This document shows positions 9,497 through 19,383 of a stretch of 47,876 bases of DNA, piece by piece; the stretch's first letter is position 1; each line of letters starts with the position of its first letter. The position numbers and the translations under genes were made by a program. Below the pieces are notes generated by a model. That model saw nothing but the letters and a program-made list of their open reading frames with translations, did no database searches and was not told the DNA's origin. Source of the stretch: Acidimicrobiia bacterium (GTDB lineage Bacteria; Actinomycetota; Acidimicrobiia; Spongiisociales; ZC4RG35); assembly GCA_041746755.1 (NCBI GenBank), contig JBGTGL010000076.1:1-47876 (forward strand), read 5' to 3'.

Positions 9497-10636
9497 GTGG
9501 TCACAAGAGAGACCGTCCTCAAGGCACTCGAGGGAGTGCGTGATCCCGAATTGGGCGGCAACGTCGTTGAACTCGGGATGATCAGTGATGTCACAATCAG
9601 GGGAGGCGATGTGGAGATCGGCCTCGCGCTGACCGTCGCCGAGTGTCCGTTGCGCAACCAGATCGAGAATGACACCAGTCGCCGGGTTGCCAATCTTCCT
9701 GGAGTCGACGACGTAGTGGTTCACACCACAGCAATGACCAAGAAACAGCGGGCAAATCTCATGTCGGTAGCGCGGAGTCAGGCCCGAGCCAAGGCCGACC
9801 CCACGCAGGTTTCCCCGACAACTCGCGTCATCGCCGTTGGGTCCGGCAAGGGTGGCGTTGGCAAATCCTCGGTTTCGGTAAATGTCGCCGTTGCCATGGC
9901 CGCAATGGGTTTCCGGGTGGGGCTGCTCGATGCCGACATCTGGGGTTTCTCAGTTCCTCGCATGATGGGGATCAGTGGGCGGCTCGAAGCAAGCGATCAG
10001 ACCAAGTTGATCGAGCCGATACAGGCCCACGGCGTCAAGGTTGTCTCCACAGGACTGATAGTCGAGACCGAGGAAACCGCACTGATGTGGCGCGGGTTGA
10101 TGCTCTCCAAGGCCTTGGAGCAATTTCTGCAACAGGTCAATTGGGGAGAACTCGACTATCTGATCATCGATTTGCCGCCGGGGACCGGAGATGTGCAAAT
10201 GGCGCTGAGCAGGATGCTGCCTCAAGCTGAGATGGCCGTGGTGACCACACCGCAGCGGGCGGCACAGAAGGTGGCGGTGCGGGTGGCCGATATGGCTCGA
10301 CGCTCTCACATGCCCGTAGTCGGCGTTATCGAAAATATGTCCAGCTTCGACTGCTCCTGTGGCGAAATCCACCACCTATTCGGTCAGGGTGGCGGCGAAG
10401 AGTTGGCTTCGGACCTGGGGGTGCCTCTGGTTGCGAGTATTCCCCTCGACGTCCATGTAGTCCCCGGCGGGGACGAGGGGATGCCTGTTGTCCTCGGTGA
10501 CCCCGGATCGGCCGGCGCCGTCGCATTCACCAAGACGGCCGAGACTTTGGTTGCGCTGGTCCCGCCAGCAGACATGGAAACCTGCACCGGCCGGATCGCC
10601 AAGATGCTCGCCGAGTTGGACGCCCAACCGGTTTAG
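9497..10636 (+). CDS. mrp: Mrp/ApbC/NBP35 family Fe-S cluster carrier ATPase with N-terminal DUF59/MIP18 domain
   Basis: 379 aa. DPELGGNVVELGMI (DUF59), deviant Walker A GSGKGGVGKSS, CxxC (FDCSCGE). Confidence 0.9.
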   Translation: MVTRETVLKALEGVRDPELGGNVVELGMISDVTIRGGDVEIGLALTVAECPLRNQIENDTSRRVANLPGVDDVVVHTTAMTKKQRANLMSVARSQARAKADPTQVSPTTRVIAVGSGKGGVGKSSVSVNVAVAMAAMGFRVGLLDADIWGFSVPRMMGISGRLEASDQTKLIEPIQAHGVKVVSTGLIVETEETALMWRGLMLSKALEQFLQQVNWGELDYLIIDLPPGTGDVQMALSRMLPQAEMAVVTTPQRAAQKVAVRVADMARRSHMPVVGVIENMSSFDCSCGEIHHLFGQGGGEELASDLGVPLVASIPLDVHVVPGGDEGMPVVLGDPGSAGAVAFTKTAETLVALVPPADMETCTGRIAKMLAELDAQPV

Positions 10637-10780
10637 AACACCCGGTTTCGATCGGCGTCACTTTGTTCTGATCGGCGCGAATGTCTTCGGAGCCACGCCC
10701 CCCGCCTCGACCCTCGGCGGTACTCCCTCCATAAATGGAGGAAGAGAAAAGGAACCGTCCTAAACAAACAAGGGAGAGCC

Positions 10781-11251
10781 TCAGCCGGTTTTGGCGGGCA
10801 GGTACAAATCGACAGCGAAGGGCTTCTTGTCGGTGCCCTCGATAACGTAAGTGGTCATGATCTTGTCGGCAATAGTTTGCCGGTTGGTGTCCACAATCGG
10901 AAGGAACCAACCCAAGAGACAAACGATGCTGTCGACGATGTGCGCAAACTTCCTTGCGATACCCGAACCGCTCCCGATCAGCTCTCCGCTTGTGTTGACC
11001 AGCCGCGTTCCCATAACGGCCTTACCCGGCGTTTGCCCGGTGGTGCCGTCGAGGTGTCCGAGATAAATGTAGAAATAGAGGAAGCCGACGACACCCACCA
11101 GCGTTTGCAATGGCCGGCTCCAGAAGACCAGGACCTGGAGAATGAGAATGGGCAAAATATCGATCAGAAGGCCAATAGCCCGGGTCGCCCATTGCGCGAG
11201 ATTTGCCGGGGTGCCCACCGGTTGGGATTCGGGGAATTCGGGGGTGGTCAT
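10781..11251 (-). CDS. RDD family membrane protein
   Basis: 156 aa. WATRAIGLLIDILPILIL and hydrophobic segments typical of RDD domain proteins. Confidence 0.65.
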   Translation of the reverse strand: MTTPEFPESQPVGTPANLAQWATRAIGLLIDILPILILQVLVFWSRPLQTLVGVVGFLYFYIYLGHLDGTTGQTPGKAVMGTRLVNTSGELIGSGSGIARKFAHIVDSIVCLLGWFLPIVDTNRQTIADKIMTTYVIEGTDKKPFAVDLYLPAKTG

Positions 11252-11440
11252 TGGGTCCTCTCTTGGTGACTGCCGATGGCATTAAACCATCCGTCGACCG
11301 AACCTGCATGCGCGAATGGGTACTAGTCACAACGTGTCGAATCACAATCGTCCTTCCCACGCGCCCGCCTGTCGTCGATCATGGGGCGAGAACGTGCCAG
11401 GGACCGGGGGCAGTTTTGGGCATGGGAGGCTCAATGTAGA

Positions 11441-11464
11441 ACGAGGATCCGAAAGGGTCCTCGT
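11441..11464 (-). terminator. stem-loop downstream of the M23 peptidase gene (terminator-like, no clear U-tract)
   Basis: ACGAGGATCC-GAAA-GGGTCCTCGT, a 10-bp stem (one G-U) with a GNRA-type loop, 32 nt after the stop at 11496. Confidence 0.4.
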
Positions 11465-11495
11465 TTCGCGTCCGGCTTAAGAGGCCTCCGCCTCG

Positions 11496-12683
11496 CTACC
11501 CGCAGATTCCTTTCACAAGCGAATAGGGATTGACTGCCGAACCACCGCCCGGGTGATACTCGAAGTGGAGATGTGGGTAGAGATCTGAGGCGTTTCCGGT
11601 ACTCCCGACCGTTCCAATTATCTGGCCCGATGACACCGATTGACCGACGGCAAGCCCCGCCGCGTGCGTATCGAGGTGTGCGTAGTAGAACTGGTCGCCA
11701 CTTGCACTGAGCCAAATCGTCTTGCCGCCAAGATTGTTGTTCTTCATGTTCGTAACCGTGCCGGAGAAGATGGCGGCGACCGGCGTTCCTCGAGTCGCCA
11801 TCATGTCGACACCCTGGTGGCTCCGGCCCCCACTCCGGGAATCGCCCCAGGTGTCGGAGAAATAGACAGCCCCTGCCACCGGACACGAGCCATTACCCGA
11901 CGAAGGGGGTGGCGGCGGTGGGCTGGTCGCTGGGGTCGTCGCAGGTGGCGATGTCGTGTTGGTCGATCCGCCACCTGTGGTTGACGTTGTTGCTCCGGGA
12001 GCGGCCGTTGTCGCACTCGTCGAAGCCACTGTTGTAGAGGTGGCAGCCTCGGCCTCTCGCTTGAACTGCTCTTCCTCTTGACGTCTGAGCTCTTCTTGAC
12101 GCCGTGCTTCGGCCTCAATGGCCTGTTGGGATGTCAAGTCGTCGTAACGAACCTGGGCATCTGCGAGGTCGGCGTAGAGCAATGAGGCCAGTTCCTCGAG
12201 CTGTTCGGCATTCACTTGCTGCTCGGCGGAGGCTTCGGCAAGGCGAGCCGTTTGGTTGTCTAATTCGCTGCGGAAGGTTTTCAGCTCGTTGATCACGCCG
12301 GTTTCGACACCGTTGACATCCTCGAGATATTGAGAAGCGGCTTCAAAGTCTTCGTCGGTGGTCCGAAGAAGGACGGTCAACGAGGCCGTAGCCGATGAGC
12401 CCATGTACATCTCAATGGCGACATCTTCGAGCCGGGCCTCCACCTCCTCTAGCTTGACCCGGGCGAACTCGATCGACTCCTGTAGCTTGGCGATCTCGTC
12501 CTCCAGGGCAAACTGGAGGGTATAAGCCGCATCAACTTGAGCGCCGACGCTGGCGCTCTCGGACACCAACTTGTTCACTTCCTCCCGGGCGCGGGCCACC
12601 TGGTCGTCCGTTACGTCAGCTGCTGCGGGCATGGCTAAAGAGAGAACAACGAGGCCAGCGAGGATTCTGTAAAGGCGGGTCAT
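11496..12683 (-). CDS. secreted M23 family metallopeptidase with N-terminal coiled-coil and Ser/Thr/Pro linker
   Basis: Signal-like N-terminus ([15 protein letters not shown]). Long heptad-like region. Low-complexity TSTT.../PPPPPP linker. M23 motifs HQGVDMMA and HLHFEY. Confidence 0.8.
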   Translation of the reverse strand: MTRLYRILAGLVVLSLAMPAAADVTDDQVARAREEVNKLVSESASVGAQVDAAYTLQFALEDEIAKLQESIEFARVKLEEVEARLEDVAIEMYMGSSATASLTVLLRTTDEDFEAASQYLEDVNGVETGVINELKTFRSELDNQTARLAEASAEQQVNAEQLEELASLLYADLADAQVRYDDLTSQQAIEAEARRQEELRRQEEEQFKREAEAATSTTVASTSATTAAPGATTSTTGGGSTNTTSPPATTPATSPPPPPPSSGNGSCPVAGAVYFSDTWGDSRSGGRSHQGVDMMATRGTPVAAIFSGTVTNMKNNNLGGKTIWLSASGDQFYYAHLDTHAAGLAVGQSVSSGQIIGTVGSTGNASDLYPHLHFEYHPGGGSAVNPYSLVKGICG

Positions 12684-13456
12684 GGGGTTTGGGGGGGCTT
12701 TAAGACGATGTCGTCCTTCTCTAAGGCTATACGACCCTCCTCAACTAGCAAGACCAGATGTGCCTGCACTGATCTCGCCGCCAATGGGTATAGGGATACA
12801 TCGACATCGGAATAGACGGCCTCAACGACTTCCCAAGCGGTCGTCGATCCTCCTTGGATCGATTGGAAAATCTGCTCGTGACGCTGCATCCGATGAGCTA
12901 GATACCAATCGATGACGGCATCGGGATCGTCCATTTCGTCTCCGTGGCCGGGCAAGAGCCTTTCCAGGCCGGTCGATCGAAGTTTCTCGAGAGATTCCAG
13001 GTAAGGGCCCATCGCTTCCACCATTACGGAAGACCCTCCCATGATGTGATCGCCTGTAAATAACACGTCTCCAATCCGAAAGCAGAGGTGATCATCGGAG
13101 TGGCCGGGGGTGTGGACGACTTTCATCTCAGCGTCTCCAACCTTGATCCGGGAACCGTCCTCGAGAGTCATATCCGGTTGGAACTCTGGGCCCGGCCCGA
13201 ATCCGAACGAGGCAACACCCAAGTTCTTCGCTAGAGGGTTGGCCAAAGGAGCGTGGTCTTCGTGGGTATGGGTTACCAGGACCCCGACAACCGTCCGGCC
13301 CGAAACCTGTCTGGCAATTTCTGATTCATGCGCAGCATCGACTGGTCCCGGATCGATCACGACCACCGAGCCACTTCCATCGTCGAGGAGCCACGTGTTG
13401 GTTCCCGGCCCGGTAAAGGGCCCGGGGTTGTTGGCCAGAATCCGGTCAATCTGCAT
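12680..13456 (-). CDS. MBL-fold metallo-hydrolase
   Basis: 258 aa with THTHEDH (HxHxDH) and HTPGHSDDH motifs. 4-nt overlap with the M23 gene. Confidence 0.8.
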   Translation of the reverse strand: MQIDRILANNPGPFTGPGTNTWLLDDGSGSVVVIDPGPVDAAHESEIARQVSGRTVVGVLVTHTHEDHAPLANPLAKNLGVASFGFGPGPEFQPDMTLEDGSRIKVGDAEMKVVHTPGHSDDHLCFRIGDVLFTGDHIMGGSSVMVEAMGPYLESLEKLRSTGLERLLPGHGDEMDDPDAVIDWYLAHRMQRHEQIFQSIQGGSTTAWEVVEAVYSDVDVSLYPLAARSVQAHLVLLVEEGRIALEKDDIVLKPPQTP

Positions 13457-14165
13457 AATCGCCCCGGTATCTCACCAGCAGTTCGCGGTCCTTCTCGATC
13501 GGTTCGATGATGGTCATGCCATCGGTACCACGCGCCGCAGCTTCGGCCTCGGAAACACTGCTGCGTCTCGCCAACCACCGCAGATGGGAAATCGTTGGAA
13601 GGATCATCGACCACTCATCACGCTGATACTTCTCGAGTGCCTTCTCCGGAACGATCCAGCAGTAGTCCACCAACTCATTGGAGTCGAGGACGATCTCTGG
13701 ATCGCCCTCGATCGGGACCAGATAAAAGCGGGTATCAAATCGTTTCGGAGCAATCTTCGGTGTCAGCCAGCGAGAGACGAGGGTCATCCGATCCAACCCC
13801 CAATCATCGATGGCGTCAACGGCTTCCAGGAGTTCGGCGCCACGCAGTCGGGGCGATGGCCGGGAGCCGGAGGTGGTAATCGCCAAACCCACCTCTTCGG
13901 CAGTCTCGCGAAGTCCAGCAATCCGGAAATGTCCGTCAATATCAGGGCGCCCAGACTCAGCGTCACAAGCCTCGACAGCCCCACCTGGGAAGACCATCAA
14001 ACCGCCGAAGAATCCACGAGCTGGTCGCTGCACCATCAGAACTTCGAGGAGATCGCCCTGGCGAATTATGAGCACACTCGACGCCGGGCGCGCGAGGACA
14101 GTTTTCTCCGACATCGCAAGCATCCTATGAAGACCACCCTTCATCCCCGAAGTCGGATATCCCAA
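13446..14165 (-). CDS. NUDIX hydrolase family protein (start uncertain, possibly Met18 at 14114)
   Basis: Nudix-box-like GGAVEA...RETAEEVGL. The ORF start lies only 19 nt from the divergent selA start, so an internal Met (MSEKTVLARP) is plausible. Confidence 0.65.
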   Translation of the reverse strand: MGYPTSGMKGGLHRMLAMSEKTVLARPASSVLIIRQGDLLEVLMVQRPARGFFGGLMVFPGGAVEACDAESGRPDIDGHFRIAGLRETAEEVGLAITTSGSRPSPRLRGAELLEAVDAIDDWGLDRMTLVSRWLTPKIAPKRFDTRFYLVPIEGDPEIVLDSNELVDYCWIVPEKALEKYQRDEWSMILPTISHLRWLARRSSVSEAEAAARGTDGMTIIEPIEKDRELLVRYRGDYAD

Positions 14166-14184
14166 AACCTGCGAAACTCGGAGG

Positions 14185-15531
14185 ATGAGCGAATCTGATT
14201 CCGGTTTCCGGAGCCTTCCATCTGTTGATGCGCTCGCTGCGACGATCGATGCTCCCGAGATGGGTCACGGCCAGATCGTGGAGATTGCGAGGACCGCGAT
14301 TGACCTCGCCCGCGCCCGGCTCAAGGACAATGACAACGTCGACCCCAGGGACCTAGCCGAGGAGTTGCTCGCGGCGTCACGTTCCCGGCGGCAACACGAG
14401 GTGATCAACGCAACCGGCGTACTCCTCCACACCAATCTGGGCCGTGCCCCGCTTGCCCAACACGTTGTCGAAGCAGCCTCATTGGCCGCAAGCGCCTACA
14501 CCAACACCGAATTCGACTTGTTGACCGGCGAGCGTGGCCACCGCGGTGCCAACACCACCGAACTCCTGAAGCTCCTCACCGGGGCTGAAGACGCCCTCGT
14601 CGTCAACAACAACGCTGCGGCAGTACTGCTTGCCCTGACTGCCATCGCGGGAACTCGGGGCGTTCCGGTTTCACGAAGTGAGTTGGTCGAGATAGGTGGC
14701 TCATACCGCCTCCCCGACGTGATCGGTTCCAGCGGTGCCAGGCTGATCGAGGTGGGTACCACCAACAAGACGAGGCTAAGCGACTACGAGACCGCACTCC
14801 AGATTCACGACTGCGCGATGGTGCTCAAGGTTCATCAGGCCAATTTCAAGATTCAGGGATTTACCGCATCGGTGGGTGCCGAGGAACTGGCACGATTGTG
14901 TCGGGCTCGCCATGTCCCGCTCGTCTACGACGTCGGCTCCGGTCTCCTCGATTCGGGGACGCCTTGGCTACCGCATCGGCCGGCGTGGCTGAGAGATGAG
15001 CCGGGCATCCGACAGGCGCTAGACGCGGGGGCAGATCTAGCAATGTTCAGCGGCGACAAGCTTCTCGGCGGCCCACAGGCCGGCATCGTCGTTGGCGATG
15101 CCCGTCTCATCTCAATGATGCGTGACCATCCTCTGAGAAGAGCCCTCCGGGTGGACAGTGCAACGGACGCAGCTCTGGCATCAACCCTCGACTCGTACGC
15201 TCGAAGGGACGCCGGCAGCGAGATCCCGTTCTGGAAAATGGTTTCCCTGTCGTACGAAGAGCTCAAGGGGCGCTCCGATCAGGTCGCGTCCCGCATTAAT
15301 GCATCCGTCGAAGAAGGCTTTTCGATGGTTGGCGCCGGGAGCGCACCGGGAGCCCAGATCGCTAGCCCTGTGATAAGACTCCCCGGCGGCCAACATTTGT
15401 TTGCTCAGCTCCTCAGTGGCCCTATTCCCGTTGTCGCCCGACGGGACCGGGGCGACCTGCTCATCGACTTGAGGGCGGTCGACCCTTCTCGCGACGAAAC
15501 GACAGCACAGGCAATCTTGAAATGCCTCTAG
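14185..15531 (+). CDS. selA: L-seryl-tRNA(Sec) selenium transferase SelA
   Basis: 448 aa. N-terminal LPSVDAL motif and PLP-lysine motif FSGDKLLGGPQAG, identical to the motif I recall for E. coli SelA. Confidence 0.9.
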   Translation: MSESDSGFRSLPSVDALAATIDAPEMGHGQIVEIARTAIDLARARLKDNDNVDPRDLAEELLAASRSRRQHEVINATGVLLHTNLGRAPLAQHVVEAASLAASAYTNTEFDLLTGERGHRGANTTELLKLLTGAEDALVVNNNAAAVLLALTAIAGTRGVPVSRSELVEIGGSYRLPDVIGSSGARLIEVGTTNKTRLSDYETALQIHDCAMVLKVHQANFKIQGFTASVGAEELARLCRARHVPLVYDVGSGLLDSGTPWLPHRPAWLRDEPGIRQALDAGADLAMFSGDKLLGGPQAGIVVGDARLISMMRDHPLRRALRVDSATDAALASTLDSYARRDAGSEIPFWKMVSLSYEELKGRSDQVASRINASVEEGFSMVGAGSAPGAQIASPVIRLPGGQHLFAQLLSGPIPVVARRDRGDLLIDLRAVDPSRDETTAQAILKCL

Positions 15532-17297
15532 TCGGCACTGCCGGACATGTCGACCACGGCAAGTCCACGCTTGTTCAAGCATTGACAGGGCGCGACCCTG
15601 ATCGATGGGCGGAGGAGAAGCGGCGTGGCCTGACAATCGATCTCGGATTTGCCTGGGCCGACCTGGGCCACGGAGTGGTGGTGTCGTTCGTAGATGTCCC
15701 CGGACATGAGCGTTACCTCAAGAACATGCTGGCTGGTGTGGAATCTGTAGAGATAGCTTTGTTGGTGGTTGCAGCCAACGAAGGTTGGAAGCCGCAGACC
15801 GAGGAGCATCTTGCGGTCCTCGACCTTCTCGAAGTGAGGAACGGTGTTGTCGCCCTTACTAAAACCGACATCGTCGATCATGACTTGGCCGAGTTGGAAG
15901 CACTCGAGGCAGAGGACAAACTGGTCGGCACCAGTCTCGAGGGGTCGGCCGTCATCGCGGTTTCGGCGGTGACAGGTCAAGGTCTTGAAGCTCTACGCGC
16001 TGAGCTGGCACGACTTGCCTCCCGCACGCCGATAGAAACCGGGCGTCCACGCCTCTGGATAGATCGCGTTTTCAGCGTCTCCGGCGCCGGGACCGTCGTA
16101 ACAGGGTCGCTCCTCGGTGGGAAGATTTCGGTCGGGGATGACCTCGAGCTGTACCCGGGCGGCAAAGCGCGCGTCCGAACTATTCAGAGCCACGAGGAAG
16201 ACGTCACCACCGGCGAACCAGGCCGTAGAACAGCCCTCGGACTCGCTGGTATCGACACCGGGGCTATCGAGCGGGGAACCATGATTGGCTACCCGGGCGA
16301 ATGGAACTTAAGCGACCGGTTCAGCGCGAGTGTCCGCCTGGCCCGGTATATCGACGAATTACCTGACCGCGGCGCCTATCAGATTCACATCGGCACCCTC
16401 GCCCGAAACGTGACGATCGAGGCTCGGGAGGATGATCGCGCAATCCTTCGCCTGACCGAACCGGTGCCGGTGGCAATGGGAGATCGGTTCATTATCCGCG
16501 ACAGTGGTAGGCGGATGGTGGCCGCGGGCGGGCGCGTCCTTGACCCGCATCCGGGACGAAGGAAAAGGGCATTAGCCGAATCTCGAGACTTGAGGGCTGA
16601 AGGGACTGCAGACGAGAAAGCAACTCAACTGCTTGGTTTGCGGGGTTCAGCCACCGTGGTCGACCTGGAACGGGACTCCGGCGGTGGACGGCCCTCGGCC
16701 GGGATAGAAATCGCCGGAACGGTGATCACCGATATTCAGATGGAGGAATTCCAGCAAATCGCAGTCCATCTCGTGGAAGAGGAACACTCGACGAAGCCGC
16801 TGAATCCGGGTTTGCCCTTGGCGACTCTCAGCACACGGCTCAAAGTGCCTGCAGAGATTGGCGAAGCGGTGGTGAAGCGGACAGGGTCTTTGGAGTTGCG
16901 CGGGCCCGACGTTGCGCTGGTCAGTCACAACCCGACCCTGTCCCCACAACTGGAAGAAGAGTGGGCAGCTGTCAGATCGAAACTGCAACGTGGCCTGGCT
17001 GTCCCCACGACGAACGAACTCGGTCTCGACGTCGAGACCATTCATCTCCTCCTCCGCAACCGGGACCTGGTCAGGATTAGCGATGACCTGGTATTTCTAC
17101 CCGGTCAGCTCGACGAGATCGTGACGGCCGTTGCAGAACTAAACCCCCCATTTTCGGTGGGCGATTTCAAAGAAAAGCTCGGACTGTCCCGAAAGTATGC
17201 AATGCCACTTCTGGAGTGGCTGGACAACAACAGCTACACGATCCGGCGAGGTGATCAGAGGGTTTTCGGTGGCCGACTACCTCGAAACGACCAATGA
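15522..17297 (+). CDS. selB: selenocysteine-specific translation elongation factor SelB
   Basis: 591 aa. GTPase motifs GTAGHVDHGKSTL, DVPGHERY, TKTD. Long C-terminal extension consistent with winged-helix mRNA-binding domains. 10-nt overlap with selA. Confidence 0.9.
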   Translation: MPLVGTAGHVDHGKSTLVQALTGRDPDRWAEEKRRGLTIDLGFAWADLGHGVVVSFVDVPGHERYLKNMLAGVESVEIALLVVAANEGWKPQTEEHLAVLDLLEVRNGVVALTKTDIVDHDLAELEALEAEDKLVGTSLEGSAVIAVSAVTGQGLEALRAELARLASRTPIETGRPRLWIDRVFSVSGAGTVVTGSLLGGKISVGDDLELYPGGKARVRTIQSHEEDVTTGEPGRRTALGLAGIDTGAIERGTMIGYPGEWNLSDRFSASVRLARYIDELPDRGAYQIHIGTLARNVTIEAREDDRAILRLTEPVPVAMGDRFIIRDSGRRMVAAGGRVLDPHPGRRKRALAESRDLRAEGTADEKATQLLGLRGSATVVDLERDSGGGRPSAGIEIAGTVITDIQMEEFQQIAVHLVEEEHSTKPLNPGLPLATLSTRLKVPAEIGEAVVKRTGSLELRGPDVALVSHNPTLSPQLEEEWAAVRSKLQRGLAVPTTNELGLDVETIHLLLRNRDLVRISDDLVFLPGQLDEIVTAVAELNPPFSVGDFKEKLGLSRKYAMPLLEWLDNNSYTIRRGDQRVFGGRLPRNDQ

Positions 17298-17525
17298 CTT
17301 TCGCTCGCCCTCGGTCATACCGCCCCAGATGCCGAATGGCTCCCGGATACTCAAAGCGTGACTGGAACACGGTTCCTGAACCGGACATACCCCGCAGATT
17401 GCTTTGGCCTTGATCTCGCGCCTCTCCCGATCGTCTTTACGCTCGAATGTTGACGGTGGGAAAAACAAATACGCATGATTCCCACGGCACAGTGCCCGCA
17501 ATGTCCACTCGTCCTTCTGAGACAC
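17277..17525 (-). CDS. whiB: WhiB family transcriptional regulator (Fe-S)
   Basis: 82 aa with four Cys (CRGN...C..CGVCPVQEPC) and GIWGG turn. GTG start preceded by GGGAGGAAGA. 3' end overlaps the selB 3' end by 21 nt. Confidence 0.85.
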   Translation of the reverse strand: MSQKDEWTLRALCRGNHAYLFFPPSTFERKDDRERREIKAKAICGVCPVQEPCSSHALSIREPFGIWGGMTEGERKSLVVSR

Positions 17526-17612
17526 TCTTCCTCCCTAGGTCAGTGAAGCGACATCGTCGAAACTAATCGGATGAGGCCCGCGGCACAAGGGAAAATCTGG
17601 AAGATCAGAAAA

Positions 17613-18887
17613 TCAGTTTTCGCGAGCTGCGTCCGCACCGGCCTCGATCGACAGGAAAAGTCCGTCCACTCCGGTAACTACTACGGGCGAGCCGTCTCCG
17701 ATCCCCGATTCGCGATGAGCTGTGGCCCTCCAACGTGCCCCGCCCACCTCAACCGTCCCGTCGGGGTTGAAATCGCCAATGGCAACGCCGCTTCGTCCGA
17801 TAAGCGAATCACGGCCGATCGTTTGGGTGGAGAGTCGGCTTCGCTGCACCGTTGGCATCGCCAGAAGGAAGAAGAACAGCGCGGCCAGCACCGAGAGCAG
17901 CACGAGCCACCAGCGTGGATCGATCTGGCCGGATCCTTCTATGTAGAACAGACCGGCTATCTGAAGGCCAATGGCTCCGAGAATGGTTAGTGCGAGTACT
18001 CCGCCTCGCTGATGAGCTGTTGTAAGGAGAATCCACCCAGAAATCGCGAGGGCAAGCGCCCAGGGCCGGACCGGGAGATTGACGATTCCCCAACTAGCCA
18101 ACCAGAGAGAAATGGCGGCCACCCCCGCTGCCACCCCGGGACCGAGTGCGTAGAACTCGAAGGTCACCAGAGAGAGGCCCACTACCAAGAAGAAGAAAGC
18201 GGCTTCCGGCGTCGCAGCCAACCTGAAGAATCTCGTCGTAAGAGGTGGCTTTCGGAAGGTCACCGTCTTCAGCGTGACTCCCTCCACGCCCTCATTCTCG
18301 AACGGCCGGAGTGTCTCCACCACCACAGTGCCGTTCTGGGTTGGCATGGAAGTGCCGTCGAGGTCCTGGAGGTATTGCCGGATCGACGGTTGAAGCGGAA
18401 GGTCGGTCGTCTCGAACAGAACAGCTTCGCCGTCCGCCGAAGCTGACGGAGGATCACCGGCGATTGTCGGGCTTTCCTTTCCGATGAAAGTACCGGGGGC
18501 ACCGGCGGTCACCGGTGAAACCCTCACCAGGGAAGACATCCCACCAAAAGCTGAGGCTGGTTGGGGTCCCAGCCACACTGCCACCGGTAGCGGAGGATTG
18601 ATTACCAGATCGTTCAGCCGATCGTAGAGATCCTCATCGAGCACTGCCCGTGAGTTGATTTGAAGCACCGCCATTTCCTGGCCGGTGGCCGCTGCCAATT
18701 CGATGGACTCGACCATAAAGGAGAGCGCGGAAGAATCGAGCGGACCGCTGACGTCGATCACGTCTATACCGCCACCCTCAGACGATGAGCATGCCGACAC
18801 GGCGAGAACCAAAATTGCCAAAGATGTCAGGGTCCGACGCACGAAACGCAGGTTAGGAAGCCAGTCCCGCCTACTCCATTTCGACAA
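17613..18887 (-). CDS. NfeD family membrane-bound ClpP-class protease-like protein
   Basis: 424 aa. Lipobox-like LAVSAC, N-terminal ClpP/crotonase-like region, central hydrophobic block, C-terminal NfeD OB-fold-like segment (GVAIGDFNPDGTVEVGGARWRATA...VVVTGVDGLFLSIE). Confidence 0.65.
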   Translation of the reverse strand: MSKWSRRDWLPNLRFVRRTLTSLAILVLAVSACSSSEGGGIDVIDVSGPLDSSALSFMVESIELAAATGQEMAVLQINSRAVLDEDLYDRLNDLVINPPLPVAVWLGPQPASAFGGMSSLVRVSPVTAGAPGTFIGKESPTIAGDPPSASADGEAVLFETTDLPLQPSIRQYLQDLDGTSMPTQNGTVVVETLRPFENEGVEGVTLKTVTFRKPPLTTRFFRLAATPEAAFFFLVVGLSLVTFEFYALGPGVAAGVAAISLWLASWGIVNLPVRPWALALAISGWILLTTAHQRGGVLALTILGAIGLQIAGLFYIEGSGQIDPRWWLVLLSVLAALFFFLLAMPTVQRSRLSTQTIGRDSLIGRSGVAIGDFNPDGTVEVGGARWRATAHRESGIGDGSPVVVTGVDGLFLSIEAGADAAREN

Positions 18888-18909
18888 CCTGCCCTATCAT
18901 CGCATTCCT

Positions 18910-19299
18910 ATGCGATCCGCCCTATTGGTTACCGACTCGTCCTGGGTGGAAAACGATGTGCGAACCGCACTTGCCGTAGATCCCTGGGAAATCAGCGTGG
19001 AACCAAACCCGCGTGCCGTAGCCGACTCGGTGGTCGAGACCACACCAGATGTGATTCTGGTGGACATGCAGGTTGGAAGCATGGGTGGGATGGCCGTGAT
19101 TCGATCGATAAGGGCCGCCATGCAAGACCGAAACCTGCCTCGCATTGTCCTCCTGCTCGATCGCTCAGCAGACCGCTTCCTCGCAAAGCGGGCCCTCGCC
19201 GACAGCTCCGTAGTCAAACCATTCGGTGACAGCGAACTGCGCGATGCTATCGACCCCCCGATGCTCGCAACGAGACACGCTGGCGACGAAGAGGAGTAG
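18910..19299 (+). CDS. stand-alone response-regulator receiver domain protein
   Basis: Track ORF 18685..19299. A receiver-length protein starts at ATG 18910 (MRSALLVTDSS). Phospho-acceptor-like VILVDMQV and conserved VVKPF. No output domain. Confidence 0.6.
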   Translation: MRSALLVTDSSWVENDVRTALAVDPWEISVEPNPRAVADSVVETTPDVILVDMQVGSMGGMAVIRSIRAAMQDRNLPRIVLLLDRSADRFLAKRALADSSVVKPFGDSELRDAIDPPMLATRHAGDEEE

Positions 19300-19383
19300 A
19301 ACTCGGGCGCTCTGAGTCAGCAGCGAGTAACGACTGACCCTGCCGCCATGACTGTCGTCAGTCCTTTCTGTTCCTAAGGTTCG

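Noticed and set aside
13110-14198. Long ORFs antisense to well-supported genes. Examples: 13110..14198 (362 aa), 24687..25628 (313 aa), 25411..26196 (261 aa), 40376..41242 (288 aa), 37443..38294 (283 aa), 1377..2129 (250 aa), 42983..43522 (179 aa).
   Set aside because: The opposite strand carries clear family motifs in each case (MBL HxHxDH and Nudix box, cyclophilin, PHP, ABC permease, dnaX, FdhD, PhoU-like). The shadow ORFs are Arg/Pro/Ser/Gly-rich with no motifs, as expected for stop-poor frames in GC-rich DNA.
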